NCBI GenBank assembly: GCA_963828395.1
Contig: CAWHED010000006.1
Location: forward strand, 216,275 to 280,274
DNA from: an uncultured Bacteroidales bacterium
GTDB lineage: Bacteria > Bacteroidota > Bacteroidia > Bacteroidales > VadinHA17
Direction: 5' to 3'
Length of the DNA stretch: 64,000 nt
The notes under the pieces are model-generated. The model worked only from the letters and a program-made list of their open reading frames with translations. It did not search any database and had not been told where the DNA came from. The stretch's first letter is position 1; the number at the start of each line of letters is the position of its first letter. Positions 30,018 through 39,646 of this stretch are shown here, one piece after another. The position numbers were made by a program, and so were the translations under genes.

Positions 30018-30517
30018 TACTGCCTCCTTGCCAGCATCAGCTCAAGATCCTCCCTCAGTGCATCAAGATCCTCCTCATGCTCAACTTCCTGCGATAGTAT
30101 GCCAAGGATCATGTTGTATGAGACCGGGTCGCCTTCTCGGGTGAGACCAAGCAGGTTATTGTAGGTTTTGATAGCGCATTGCTCTCCCTTGATATTCTGT
30201 TCAAGCACTTTCTCGACATAAGGATCAACAGGTGCATCATAACCGCAGTTGGTTATTTTCATCCACTCTGCAGGTGAAAGTACCGGTGTGCCTCCCAGCT
30301 GAATTATGCGCGTGGTAAGGAGCACGGCATGTGCCAGTTCCTCGGTTGCGTGAAGATCAAGCTCGGCAATCACGGCATCCTTCATGGGCCCCTTGACCAC
30401 CTTTGCACCAATCCAGTACTGGTAATAAGCCAGCCACTCATCGGCCAGCGCCTTGTTCAGAAGGCTGATGAGCTCATCAACGTTCATCTTAACGATTTCT
30501 CTTCCTTTTTGTGCCAT
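30017..30517 (-). CDS. Ferritin-like DPSL/bacterioferritin-related protein
   Basis: ALADEWLAYYQY, EELAHA, GEQCAI, EVEHEEDL di-iron ligands. Confidence 0.9.
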   Translation of the reverse strand: MAQKGREIVKMNVDELISLLNKALADEWLAYYQYWIGAKVVKGPMKDAVIAELDLHATEELAHAVLLTTRIIQLGGTPVLSPAEWMKITNCGYDAPVDPYVEKVLEQNIKGEQCAIKTYNNLLGLTREGDPVSYNMILGILSQEVEHEEDLDALREDLELMLARRQ

Positions 30518-30635
30518 TTTACTTTTATTTTTTTTGTTGGTCTAGGCCTGGTTATTTTACCGGGTACTTGATCCCGAAGTTCTTCATTGCCACCAGAGGA
30601 GTCAAGTTCCTTGTCAGAATCTGGTAGAACATTTA

Positions 30636-32117
30636 TCAGCCTGCCTGCTTTGACGCCCCACTACTATTAACTGCATAAAGCTTGTCCAGCACGTCAAGCA
30701 TGATCTCGTCAACGTTTTCACGGTTATGGATAGAGGCCATGATGCCGTATGCTGCAGCGCCCGTCTCTGAGCCTTTGCCTTCACCTTTGTTCATCAGCCC
30801 TGTAAATTTTGATGACAGTTTTCTGAACCATTTATCAGGGAGATACTTAGAGAGGGCTTTTGCCAGATAAACAACGACGTGTGATGACGCTGTTCTGATC
30901 TTGTGTCCTTCTGTTATAGCAACGGCATCTTTAAGTGCTGCTATGAACTCATCCTCATGGCCCGAGTTCAGATTTGATATTGTCATGTGAAGGGCGGGCG
31001 GGAACTGAAGTTTGTCGAGGTTCCATCCGGTTGCAGCCAGTTCATCACCAATAAGATAAATATCATGCCTGTCGGAAGTAAATGAGAAGACGCACATTGC
31101 AGGTTCACCGATCACGTGCAACCCCGGCATCGAGTTTATGGCATCCTTGATCTTTTTTGTTGTGCTCATCACCTCCTGGGCCATTTTCAGGTAGCCTTCC
31201 AACCCTATGGTTTTCAAGGCAGCCCATGCTGCAGCAATTGGCGCTCCTGATCTTGTCCCCAGCATGGTGGGCGAGGCATAGAGCCCCCCCGGCCAGGCGC
31301 TGAAGACGAAATACTGGAATTTTCTGAGCTCATGTGTCCTGTAAAGAATTACTGATGATCCTTTTGATGCATAACCGTACTTATGAACATCTGCCGAGAT
31401 TGATGTGACGCCTTTAACCCTGAAGTCGAACGGAGGTACCGGGTAACCCAGTCTTTCCACAAAGGGAAGCATCAGCCCCCCGAGACAGCAGTCGACATGC
31501 AGAAGAAGTTCATTTTTCAATGCTATTGGTGCCACCTCCTCAATGGGATCGATAACCCCGTATGGAAAGCTTGGTGCAGATACTGCAATCATGATTGTAT
31601 TGCCGTTTATCAGTTTGTCAACCTCAGCCGGGTTGACCTTTTTGTCAGGTGTCAGTGAAGCGTACCTGATGTGCACACCAACCATATCAGCCGCCTTGGA
31701 AAATGCCGGGTGGATAGTCACAGGGGCGATTATTTCCGGATCCTTAATAAATGGCTTGTGACGTTTTGCCCAGTCGCGGGCTGTCTTTACGGCCAAGAGG
31801 ATACTCTCCGAACCGCCTGTGGTCATGTTTCCTGCACACTCTTCCGTGGCATGCAGAAGCTCAGCTACCATCGCAACAGTCTCATTCTCGAGGGTTCTGA
31901 GCGATGTAAAAAGTGATGGATTCAGGGCGTTGTCGGAGAAGAAGAGCTGGTATGCCTGCTCAATGGTCTTTGCCTCCCTGGTCCCGGGGTGGTAGACATA
32001 ACCGAACATGCGGCCGTTGCGCCATGAGGCGTCGTTCGATCTGAGTTCATTCAGTTGCGAGATAATATCGTCGCCGTCAAGACCATTCTGAGGGATCCGG
32101 ACATTCTGTCTGTTCAT
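30636..32117 (-). CDS. PLP-dependent sphingosine-1-phosphate lyase-like aldolase/decarboxylase
   Basis: TTGGSESI, HPAF.KA, HVD.C.GG, SISADVHKYGY PLP-lysine, GTRSG, C-terminal YG...LDKLY extension. Confidence 0.8.
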   Translation of the reverse strand: MNRQNVRIPQNGLDGDDIISQLNELRSNDASWRNGRMFGYVYHPGTREAKTIEQAYQLFFSDNALNPSLFTSLRTLENETVAMVAELLHATEECAGNMTTGGSESILLAVKTARDWAKRHKPFIKDPEIIAPVTIHPAFSKAADMVGVHIRYASLTPDKKVNPAEVDKLINGNTIMIAVSAPSFPYGVIDPIEEVAPIALKNELLLHVDCCLGGLMLPFVERLGYPVPPFDFRVKGVTSISADVHKYGYASKGSSVILYRTHELRKFQYFVFSAWPGGLYASPTMLGTRSGAPIAAAWAALKTIGLEGYLKMAQEVMSTTKKIKDAINSMPGLHVIGEPAMCVFSFTSDRHDIYLIGDELAATGWNLDKLQFPPALHMTISNLNSGHEDEFIAALKDAVAITEGHKIRTASSHVVVYLAKALSKYLPDKWFRKLSSKFTGLMNKGEGKGSETGAAAYGIMASIHNRENVDEIMLDVLDKLYAVNSSGASKQAG

Positions 32118-32149
32118 ACGGTGGCACTTTAATTGCTGTACGTTATTAT

Positions 32150-32219
32150 CAAAGTTAAGCTACATAAACGCTGAAGTCAAGTAATTGGAACGGACTTTAA
32201 CCTATTATCGTTATTTTTG
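32150..32219. promoter_or_regulatory. Divergent Bacteroidota -7 promoter elements
   Basis: TAACTTTG (minus, 32150-32157) and TATTTTTG (plus, 32212-32219). Confidence 0.55.
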
Positions 32220-32238
32220 TTCCTGTAAAAACAGAACA

Positions 32239-34254
32239 ATGACACGCAGAACTGCCATAACATCAGCATACCTGTTATTAATCCCTCTTTTCACGCTGCA
32301 GGCCCAGGTTCTCGAGCCTGTCACATGGAGCTTCGGCAGCGAAAAGACAGCAGATAACAAATTCGACATAGTTATGACAGCTGACATTGATAACAGCTGG
32401 CATCTCTATGCAATGGATATAGCTGAAGGAGGCCCCATAGCCACCAGCTTTACATTTGAGGAGCCTTCGGGCTATACAATGGAGGGCAAACCTGTTGCCA
32501 TTGACAAGCCTGAGGTCAAATTTGACAACAGCTTCGGCATGGACATCGGAATGCACAGCGTTAAGGCCGAGTTCAGGCAGAAAATCACTGTTACCCAATA
32601 TCCTGCAAAGGTTAAAGGATTTGTGACTTTTATGTCATGTGATGACAAACAATGCCTCCCGCCACGGGATGTTGAGTTTTCAATGGTGATCAGTGGCGAC
32701 AGTGCGGCATCTGCCTCCACTGAGCAGATTAAGACTGCTGAATCTGTCTATGACAAGCCCCTGCAGACAGCCGGTGATGCCCCTGCAAAGCAGCAGGGAA
32801 AAGGTCTCCTTAAATTTTTCCTGTTGTCTATGCTTGCCGGATTTGCCGGTATTCTTACGCCTTGTGTGTTCCCGATGATACCTATGACAGTGGCTTTCTT
32901 TTCACAGGGAACGGAAAAGAAAGGATCGGCAATCGGGAAAGCACTTATTTTCGGACTGACCATCATCCTGCTTTATTCTTCTCTCGGTATCATCGTTTCT
33001 CTTACAAGTGCCGGTGCAGGTTTTGCCAATACTCTCAGCACGCATTGGTTGCCCAACACTCTTTTCTTTGCACTCTTCCTTGTTTTTGCTGCATCTTTCT
33101 TTGGTGCTTTTGAGATCATATTACCGTCAAAATGGGTAAGTTCATCTGACTCAAAGGTTGACAAGGGCGGGGTGCTTGCCGCATTCTTTCTCGGACTGAC
33201 AACCGTGCTGGTCTCTTTCTCATGTACGGGCCCGATCGTTGGTGCCCTGCTGGTTGAGGCTGCCTCGGGTGACGTTCTGCGCCCCACAACAGGCATGTTC
33301 GGCTTCGGCCTTGCCTTTGCCCTGCCGTTCACCCTCTTTGCCCTCTTCCCCTCATGGATGAAGAAGATGCCGAAATCAGGCGGCTGGCTCAACTCAGTCA
33401 AGGTGGTGCTGGGCTTCATCATGCTGGCATTCAGTTTGAAATTTGCTTCAAACATAGACACCGTCTATTCGCTGGGCATCCTTTCAAGGGATGTTTACCT
33501 GGCAATATGGATTGTAATATTTGTCCTGATGGGTCTGTACCTGATGGGAAAAATCAAATTCGAAAATGACAGTGATGTGAGTCATATCGGGGTTTTCAGA
33601 CTGGTGCTGATCATAGCTTCATTTTCATTTGCCTTATATCTTGTTCCCGGTCTTTTCGGAGCGCCGCTCACACGTATATCTGCCCTGTTGCCTCCGCGTG
33701 AAACATCAGGCTTTAATCTCCTGAAAGCGATTGGCGAAAACAGGGGGGGAAGTCCCGCTGTGAACACAGGATCAGCCGTTTGCGAAACACCAAAATATTC
33801 TGATTTTCTGTATTTTGAATACGGCCTGGAAGGCTACTTTGATCTTGAGCAGGGACTGGCATGTGCGCAGAAGCTTGACAAGCCGGTACTGATTGATTTC
33901 AAGGGCCACGCCTGCGCCAACTGTAAGCAGATGGATGCACGTGTCTGGTCTGACCCGGAAGTACAGAGACGCATAAGGGAAAACTTTGTGCTGGTGGCAC
34001 TGTATGTTGACGACCGCACTAAATTAACTGAAATGGAAGTGTTTGTTTCAAAGATAGACGGCAGGGAGAAGAAGACAATGGGCAAAAAGAATGAAGACAT
34101 CGAGATCTCAATGTTCAATTCCAATACTCTTCCTCTTTATGCAATTGTCGATCCTTATGGCAAGCCCCTGGTTGAAACCCGGGGCACTGACTTTGACATT
34201 CAGGAATACATCGACTGGCTCGACAGAGGAGTCAAGGCATTCGGAGAGAAATAA
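32239..34254 (+). CDS. dsbD: Thiol:disulfide interchange protein DsbD
   Basis: N-domain CDDKQC, TM domain TPCVFPMIP and SCTGP, thioredoxin domain CANC. Confidence 0.93.
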   Translation: MTRRTAITSAYLLLIPLFTLQAQVLEPVTWSFGSEKTADNKFDIVMTADIDNSWHLYAMDIAEGGPIATSFTFEEPSGYTMEGKPVAIDKPEVKFDNSFGMDIGMHSVKAEFRQKITVTQYPAKVKGFVTFMSCDDKQCLPPRDVEFSMVISGDSAASASTEQIKTAESVYDKPLQTAGDAPAKQQGKGLLKFFLLSMLAGFAGILTPCVFPMIPMTVAFFSQGTEKKGSAIGKALIFGLTIILLYSSLGIIVSLTSAGAGFANTLSTHWLPNTLFFALFLVFAASFFGAFEIILPSKWVSSSDSKVDKGGVLAAFFLGLTTVLVSFSCTGPIVGALLVEAASGDVLRPTTGMFGFGLAFALPFTLFALFPSWMKKMPKSGGWLNSVKVVLGFIMLAFSLKFASNIDTVYSLGILSRDVYLAIWIVIFVLMGLYLMGKIKFENDSDVSHIGVFRLVLIIASFSFALYLVPGLFGAPLTRISALLPPRETSGFNLLKAIGENRGGSPAVNTGSAVCETPKYSDFLYFEYGLEGYFDLEQGLACAQKLDKPVLIDFKGHACANCKQMDARVWSDPEVQRRIRENFVLVALYVDDRTKLTEMEVFVSKIDGREKKTMGKKNEDIEISMFNSNTLPLYAIVDPYGKPLVETRGTDFDIQEYIDWLDRGVKAFGEK

Positions 34255-34273
34255 ACTAACCTGAACGGAGGGT

Positions 34274-35110
34274 TCAGAATTTAACGCCTAATGACACCGA
34301 GAATCTTATCCCTGCCCACGGTCCGTCAACTGACATTTTGATTTCATCAGCTGTGGCGTCGATCGTTTGATTAATCAAAGGAGAATCAATTTTTAAGAAT
34401 TCATCTTCAATGTCTGTTTGATCTTGTGCAGAAAGAGGAGATGAAGGCAACCCGAGGAAATCGCCTGAGCTGACCCCGAAATGAGGTCCGAACATCTGCA
34501 AGTCGAGACACATGTGCTTACCCAGTCCCCATTGATAACCAGTCAGGAATCCTCCTGTATGAGATGTTATAGTGCCTCCGGTGTTAATAGTAATATCTTC
34601 TTCAAGATCATTTGTATACGGTATAGCTGCGTTGCTGAATTCATAATGTCCGTACCTGTAGAACAGTGAAATATAATAGCCTGTGCTGTATCCCTTCTTC
34701 CCGAGGTAGAATCTTATTTCGGGAGTAACACTATAGCTGCTAATTAAAACGTTCCTGAAAACATCCTCTGCTTCAGGATCTTCGAATTTAGCGGTCTTGA
34801 TAATCATATCAACGTAGGGGATATTCCTTTCAGGCATTAAACTGAATGATACTGCCGCAGAGACTCTTTTTGCGAGAGCCCTTTCATACTGAAGCGAAAA
34901 GTTTTTTAGTGCTAAAGAAGAAAGACTGAGCTTTATAAAGTTTTTTGAGGTCTTATCCTCGATTGTATAGTCATTTTGGGTTTCAGCAGAGGTTATTTGG
35001 GTATCTGCAGTAATCTCCCGTGAATCAGAGGTATTTCCTTGGGTTTCCTGTGCTGTCAGAACAGAAAGTGTACAGGCCAGGAACAGGGAAATAATTATCA
35101 GCTTTTTCAT
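34274..35110 (-). CDS. Outer-membrane beta-barrel protein (DUF3575-like)
   Basis: Signal peptide, SLQYERA, TPEIRFY, terminal SLGVKF. Confidence 0.7.
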   Translation of the reverse strand: MKKLIIISLFLACTLSVLTAQETQGNTSDSREITADTQITSAETQNDYTIEDKTSKNFIKLSLSSLALKNFSLQYERALAKRVSAAVSFSLMPERNIPYVDMIIKTAKFEDPEAEDVFRNVLISSYSVTPEIRFYLGKKGYSTGYYISLFYRYGHYEFSNAAIPYTNDLEEDITINTGGTITSHTGGFLTGYQWGLGKHMCLDLQMFGPHFGVSSGDFLGLPSSPLSAQDQTDIEDEFLKIDSPLINQTIDATADEIKMSVDGPWAGIRFSVSLGVKF

Positions 35111-35238
35111 TTGTTAATCAGGTTAGTTTACTTATAAACGCAAATCATCACATAAAGTTAAATTATGTACCAATTCAAAATAAATATTTTTGACCAACAG
35201 GAGTTTTGAACGGATGAAAAATCAGGAGCCTTGTGCCA

Positions 35239-36273
35239 TCACCTCTGGTTCTGATACTCCAGAACTTCATTATTATGCCGCCTGTTCTCGAGGATCCTTG
35301 AATAGTCGCGGGCGAGTTTGTTATTATAATCTGAATATGCTTTCTTCGCCCATGAGATGGCTGTTTCGAGGTCGCCGTTTATCTCATTTATTATGGCCAT
35401 ATTATAATGAGCCCTGCCGGCTATCTTCCTGTCAGGGTTGCTTGTCTCCTTTTCCCAGAGAACAGCTGCCTCATCCCATTCTCCGAGCTGCGCCTTACGT
35501 TTGGCGATCTTGAAATTATCAGTTCCTTTAACAAAGTAGTCGCGTATCGCCCTGAACTGGTAAGGAATGAGTCGAAGGGCGTAGATATGCCCCGCTTTGT
35601 TGCTCACCTCCTTTACAGCTGCCTTCCGGTTCATAAGCGCACTGACAGCAACTACCGGATTTATTCCTCTGCCTGTGAAGCCTACAGTCTCTGCGACTAT
35701 ATATTCATCAAGAATTGCCTTATCATCAGGCGAATAGATCCTCCAGCCTGTCTTGACGAGGATCTCCATTGAGGCTATATGTTCAAGAGCAGGGATGTTG
35801 CCGAGGGGTGTCCTGATCTGTGTTTTTCCCGTGGAATAGTTGATGTGTGTATCAGTATCGTACATCTCAAGTGCAAACAGTGCATCAGTGCCGTTCTCCC
35901 GGCATATGCCCTCTACCTGCTCCCATGTCAGAGGCGGTGGGAGGGAACCGACACCTGATGCTTTGAACTTAAGGTTAGTCAGCAGCTTCACTTCGCTAAA
36001 CCTGTCGTTTTCCTTCAGCTCCTGAGTGACTCCATTTATGGCTTCAAGTGTGCCAATCGAGTCAAGCTCTTCGCCCTCCAGCGTCAGGAGCTGGTCCAGC
36101 TTTTCAAGCGTTTTGGTCTGATCTGTGGGCTCGGACCTGTCTATAATTCCTATTGTCTTTATCTCCGGGGCAATTGTCACCGGCGCCGGTTGCGTCACAT
36201 TCAGATACAGCTCCTGTGTGGCACAGGAAGAGACGGCAAGGGCAATAAACGGAAAAACGTAGTACTTCTTCAT
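35239..36273 (-). CDS. Lipoprotein with C-terminal TPR (DUF6340-like)
   Basis: Lipobox VSSC after MKKYY; TPR helices AHYNMAIINEINGDLETAISWA. Confidence 0.7.
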   Translation of the reverse strand: MKKYYVFPFIALAVSSCATQELYLNVTQPAPVTIAPEIKTIGIIDRSEPTDQTKTLEKLDQLLTLEGEELDSIGTLEAINGVTQELKENDRFSEVKLLTNLKFKASGVGSLPPPLTWEQVEGICRENGTDALFALEMYDTDTHINYSTGKTQIRTPLGNIPALEHIASMEILVKTGWRIYSPDDKAILDEYIVAETVGFTGRGINPVVAVSALMNRKAAVKEVSNKAGHIYALRLIPYQFRAIRDYFVKGTDNFKIAKRKAQLGEWDEAAVLWEKETSNPDRKIAGRAHYNMAIINEINGDLETAISWAKKAYSDYNNKLARDYSRILENRRHNNEVLEYQNQR

Positions 36274-36403
36274 AGCTGATATATAAATATATTCAATAAT
36301 GATAAACGGAAAAAAGCCACGAATGGTATAGATCTGTTGCCCGCCCTGCAGTCTGACAGCTCCCTGTCCAGGCATACCATGCCGGGACTTTACGGTCGCT
36401 TCT

Positions 36404-37936
36404 CTATTCAAGCGAGCCTACTACCTTCTCAACCTCAATCAGAATCTCGCATGATTTTACCAGTTCCTTCATGGCGGTGTGGTCAGAATAGAGCGGACGG
36501 TCGATATCGAGGAAATCAACATGCTTTCTGATGACATCCTTTGCCGTCTGTACACCCTTTCCGAAACCGTATTCAGTTTTCCTGAAATCTAGTGCCTGTG
36601 CTGCTGCCATCAGTTCAATACCCAGCACACCGTAAGCATTGTCGAGTATCTGGTTGTTCTTTATGGCCGTGTTCATACCCATGGAAACGAAGTCCTCCTG
36701 GTCGGCTGCTGCCGGGATCGACTGTATGGATGCAGGCATAGACAGTATCCGCTGCTCCACTATCATCATATCGGCAGTGTACTGGCTGAGCATCATTCCC
36801 GAGAACATACCGGCACCCTTTGTAAGAAAATCGGGTAATCCGACACTGAGTGCCTTGTTATTAAGACGGTTCATTCTTCTCTCTGACATGACGCTTACCA
36901 TTGTTATGCATGCACCTGCCATATCCATCGGCACGCTTACAGGCGAACCCTGGAAGTTGGCACCGGAGAGCTGCAGGTTCTTATCGGGGAAGAAGATAGG
37001 ATTATCGCCCACGCCGTTAAGCTCTATTTCCACCTGGCTGAGGGCATAAGCAAGCATATCGTGCGCTGACCCTATGACCTGCGGGGTTGATCTCATCGAA
37101 TAGGCATCCTGTACCTTCGCTTTCACCTTGCCCTCCCTGAGGTCACCGCCGGCAACGCATTTGTTTATGGCTGCGGCGCTCCTGATGGCGCCTTTAAATC
37201 CACGTGCCTCGTGAAGCAGGGGTTCGTATGGTTTCATGTTGGCTTTCAAAGCCTCGAGCGACATGGAAGCAGCTATCTCAGCCTGTTTAAGCCAATTGTT
37301 GGCATCGACGAGCCAGATGGCGCTCATGGCGGTAAGCATATTGGAGCCGTTGATGGCTGCCAGTCCGTCGCGAGCCTGCAAACCGGGGATGGCTATCGCG
37401 GCTCTTTTCATGGCCTCTCCGCCATCGAGGAGCTCGCCCTTGTAATAAGCCTTGCCCTCACCCATGAGCAGAAGCGCTATCTGAGACATGGGAGCAAGGT
37501 CACCGCAGGCGCCTACCGATCCTTTCTGGCAGGCGAAGGGGGTGACACCCTTGTTGAGCATCTCTACATAAGTCTCTGTGATCTCAAGACGACAGCCGGA
37601 GTTGCCGTGTGCATGTACATTGATTCTTCCAAGCATGGCACCCCTGACAGTTTCAATGGAAGCAGGATCACCTATGCCGGCAGCATGGTTGTAAACAAGA
37701 TATTTCTGGAAATCCTTTATCTGGTTATCGTCGAGCACTATCTCAGAAAATTCGCCTATGCCGGTGTTGACACCGTACATGATCTCGTGGGCCACGATCT
37801 TCTTCTCAAGCATTGCGCGGCACTCAAGGATCCTTTTACGGGCATCGGGGTGCAGTTCAACCTTCTGACCGTGGCGGGCGACATTTACAATGTCATCAAC
37901 TGTCAAACCTGATCCGGTTATTATTAATGTGTTCAT
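36404..37936 (-). CDS. MIO-dependent aromatic amino acid ammonia-lyase (HutH/PAL family)
   Basis: YGVNTG.G, GSVGACGDLAP, QDAYSMR, DNP, GANF, QEDFVSMG. Confidence 0.9.
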   Translation of the reverse strand: MNTLIITGSGLTVDDIVNVARHGQKVELHPDARKRILECRAMLEKKIVAHEIMYGVNTGIGEFSEIVLDDNQIKDFQKYLVYNHAAGIGDPASIETVRGAMLGRINVHAHGNSGCRLEITETYVEMLNKGVTPFACQKGSVGACGDLAPMSQIALLLMGEGKAYYKGELLDGGEAMKRAAIAIPGLQARDGLAAINGSNMLTAMSAIWLVDANNWLKQAEIAASMSLEALKANMKPYEPLLHEARGFKGAIRSAAAINKCVAGGDLREGKVKAKVQDAYSMRSTPQVIGSAHDMLAYALSQVEIELNGVGDNPIFFPDKNLQLSGANFQGSPVSVPMDMAGACITMVSVMSERRMNRLNNKALSVGLPDFLTKGAGMFSGMMLSQYTADMMIVEQRILSMPASIQSIPAAADQEDFVSMGMNTAIKNNQILDNAYGVLGIELMAAAQALDFRKTEYGFGKGVQTAKDVIRKHVDFLDIDRPLYSDHTAMKELVKSCEILIEVEKVVGSLE

Positions 37937-38115
37937 TATTGTAATTATTAAAATGATTTAAAATGAGGATTATCAAGAAAATGATGGAATAACAGGTCGC
38001 ATCGACACCCGGGTTGGGCGTCTGTACGCGGGGCATTTTAAAACAATCCGGAGCGATTGATTTTGATTTTATATTCCAGTGTCCAGCTGTGTGTCATGAT
38101 CAATTGTTACGGTAC

Positions 38116-38123
38116 CAAATGTA
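38116..38123 (-). promoter_or_regulatory. Bacteroidota -7 promoter element for the ammonia-lyase gene
   Basis: TACATTTG on the minus strand. Confidence 0.45.
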
Positions 38124-38252
38124 AAACAAAAAATCAAAATATCATACCCGTGTAATCCCGCCTGATTTGTGCCGTAATATTTGACAATTATTGTTTAGAT
38201 TGGGTAAGGTTCTAAATATTTTTTGTATCTTTTGATGTAAATTACCAAACCA

Positions 38253-39626
38253 ATGAAAAAGAAGAATACTACAGGGTCAGCATTGGCTATTGTCCTGGCC
38301 ATTGCCCTGCTAACTCTTTCTGCCTTTGCCTTCATCAGATACCTTCCGCAGGAAGATCTTAAAGGCAAATATGCGTACAAAGAGTTTGAATCAGCAAAAA
38401 AATGCCGGTCCTGCCACCCCGGTATCTATGAGCAGTGGTCGCAGGCCATGATGTCACAGGCTTACACTCATCACTGGGACGAGATCGAGTATTTTAACCT
38501 TGCAGTGCCTCATGCTGAGGTCAAGCCTGAACTGAAAGGCCCTGTTGACGGATGCAACGGCTGTCACACACCCATGGGATATATGGAAGGGACGATGCCC
38601 CCTCCGCGTCCTGAGGAGAACAGCATGGCCAATGAATCTGTTTCGTGCGAGGTGTGTCACCTGACACAGAAAGCTCAAACCGATCCGCCGTTTAATTTCA
38701 GCTATTATATTGTCCCGGGCATGACCAAGTACAGCGGACGTGAGCCTGAGATTCAATCGCCGGCACACAAGATTGAGCAGAGCGATTTTCACAGGACCAC
38801 AGAGTTCTGCGGTAACTGCCACAATGAAAAGAATCCTTACGGCATCTGGGTCAAGAGCACCCAGCTCGAGTGGAAAGAGGGCCCGTATGCTGCCGAGGGA
38901 GTACGCTGCCAGGACTGCCACATGCCAAAGGGACCATATATTCTGGCACTGATGGGCAAAGAGCGTGATGATGCGCGCCTGCATCTGTTCCATGGTGCAC
39001 ATGATCCGGGAAAGGTGAGGGGTACCATCGAACTCAGAATACAACCTGATGTACGACAAGCAGAACCCGGGGACAATATCGTGTTCACTGTTGCTCTTTT
39101 CAACCAGAAGACCGGCCACAAATTTCCCACAGGTTCAGTTGAGGACCGGATCGCATGGCTCGATGTTGAGGCTACAGACGCTAAAGGGAAAACATATCAT
39201 ATCAATGTGGATAAGAAAGGTTTTGAAGGCGAAGAATACACAATATCAGGCGATTACCTTGCCTACCAGGATATGGGTATTCCACTGAAAATAGCTGATT
39301 TCAAGGGGGTTCAGCGCGATGGCATACCTTACGGCAACAGGATATTCAGAAAGCCTTACTTTGACGAGCAGGGAAGGATGACTATCATGCAGTGGAACAC
39401 TGCCAGCCAGGGTGTTGATTACAGGATTGGCCCGAGAGAAACCAAAGTTGAGAAACTTACATTCAGGGTACCCGATGAGGCTGCTCCGGGAGAGATGACA
39501 GTCCATGCTGTTCTTAATTACCAGTTGCTGGTCAAACCTGTGGCCGATTTCCTGAAGGTCCCTTCCGATGAATCAGCAATATTGATGGTGAACGAACATT
39601 CCACAAAAGTTGAGATACTCCCCTGA
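38253..39626 (+). CDS. Secreted pentaheme c-type cytochrome (c554/c552-like) with C-terminal beta domain
   Basis: Signal peptide; CRSCH, CNGCH, CEVCH, CGNCH, CQDCH; GHKFPTG motif. Confidence 0.9.
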   Translation: MKKKNTTGSALAIVLAIALLTLSAFAFIRYLPQEDLKGKYAYKEFESAKKCRSCHPGIYEQWSQAMMSQAYTHHWDEIEYFNLAVPHAEVKPELKGPVDGCNGCHTPMGYMEGTMPPPRPEENSMANESVSCEVCHLTQKAQTDPPFNFSYYIVPGMTKYSGREPEIQSPAHKIEQSDFHRTTEFCGNCHNEKNPYGIWVKSTQLEWKEGPYAAEGVRCQDCHMPKGPYILALMGKERDDARLHLFHGAHDPGKVRGTIELRIQPDVRQAEPGDNIVFTVALFNQKTGHKFPTGSVEDRIAWLDVEATDAKGKTYHINVDKKGFEGEEYTISGDYLAYQDMGIPLKIADFKGVQRDGIPYGNRIFRKPYFDEQGRMTIMQWNTASQGVDYRIGPRETKVEKLTFRVPDEAAPGEMTVHAVLNYQLLVKPVADFLKVPSDESAILMVNEHSTKVEILP

Positions 39627-39646
39627 TAACCATTAAACTTAAAAAT

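Noticed and set aside
36404-37936. Assigning the symbol hutH
   Set aside because: Atypical MIO triad and specificity residues, and no hutU/I/G neighbours; substrate uncertain
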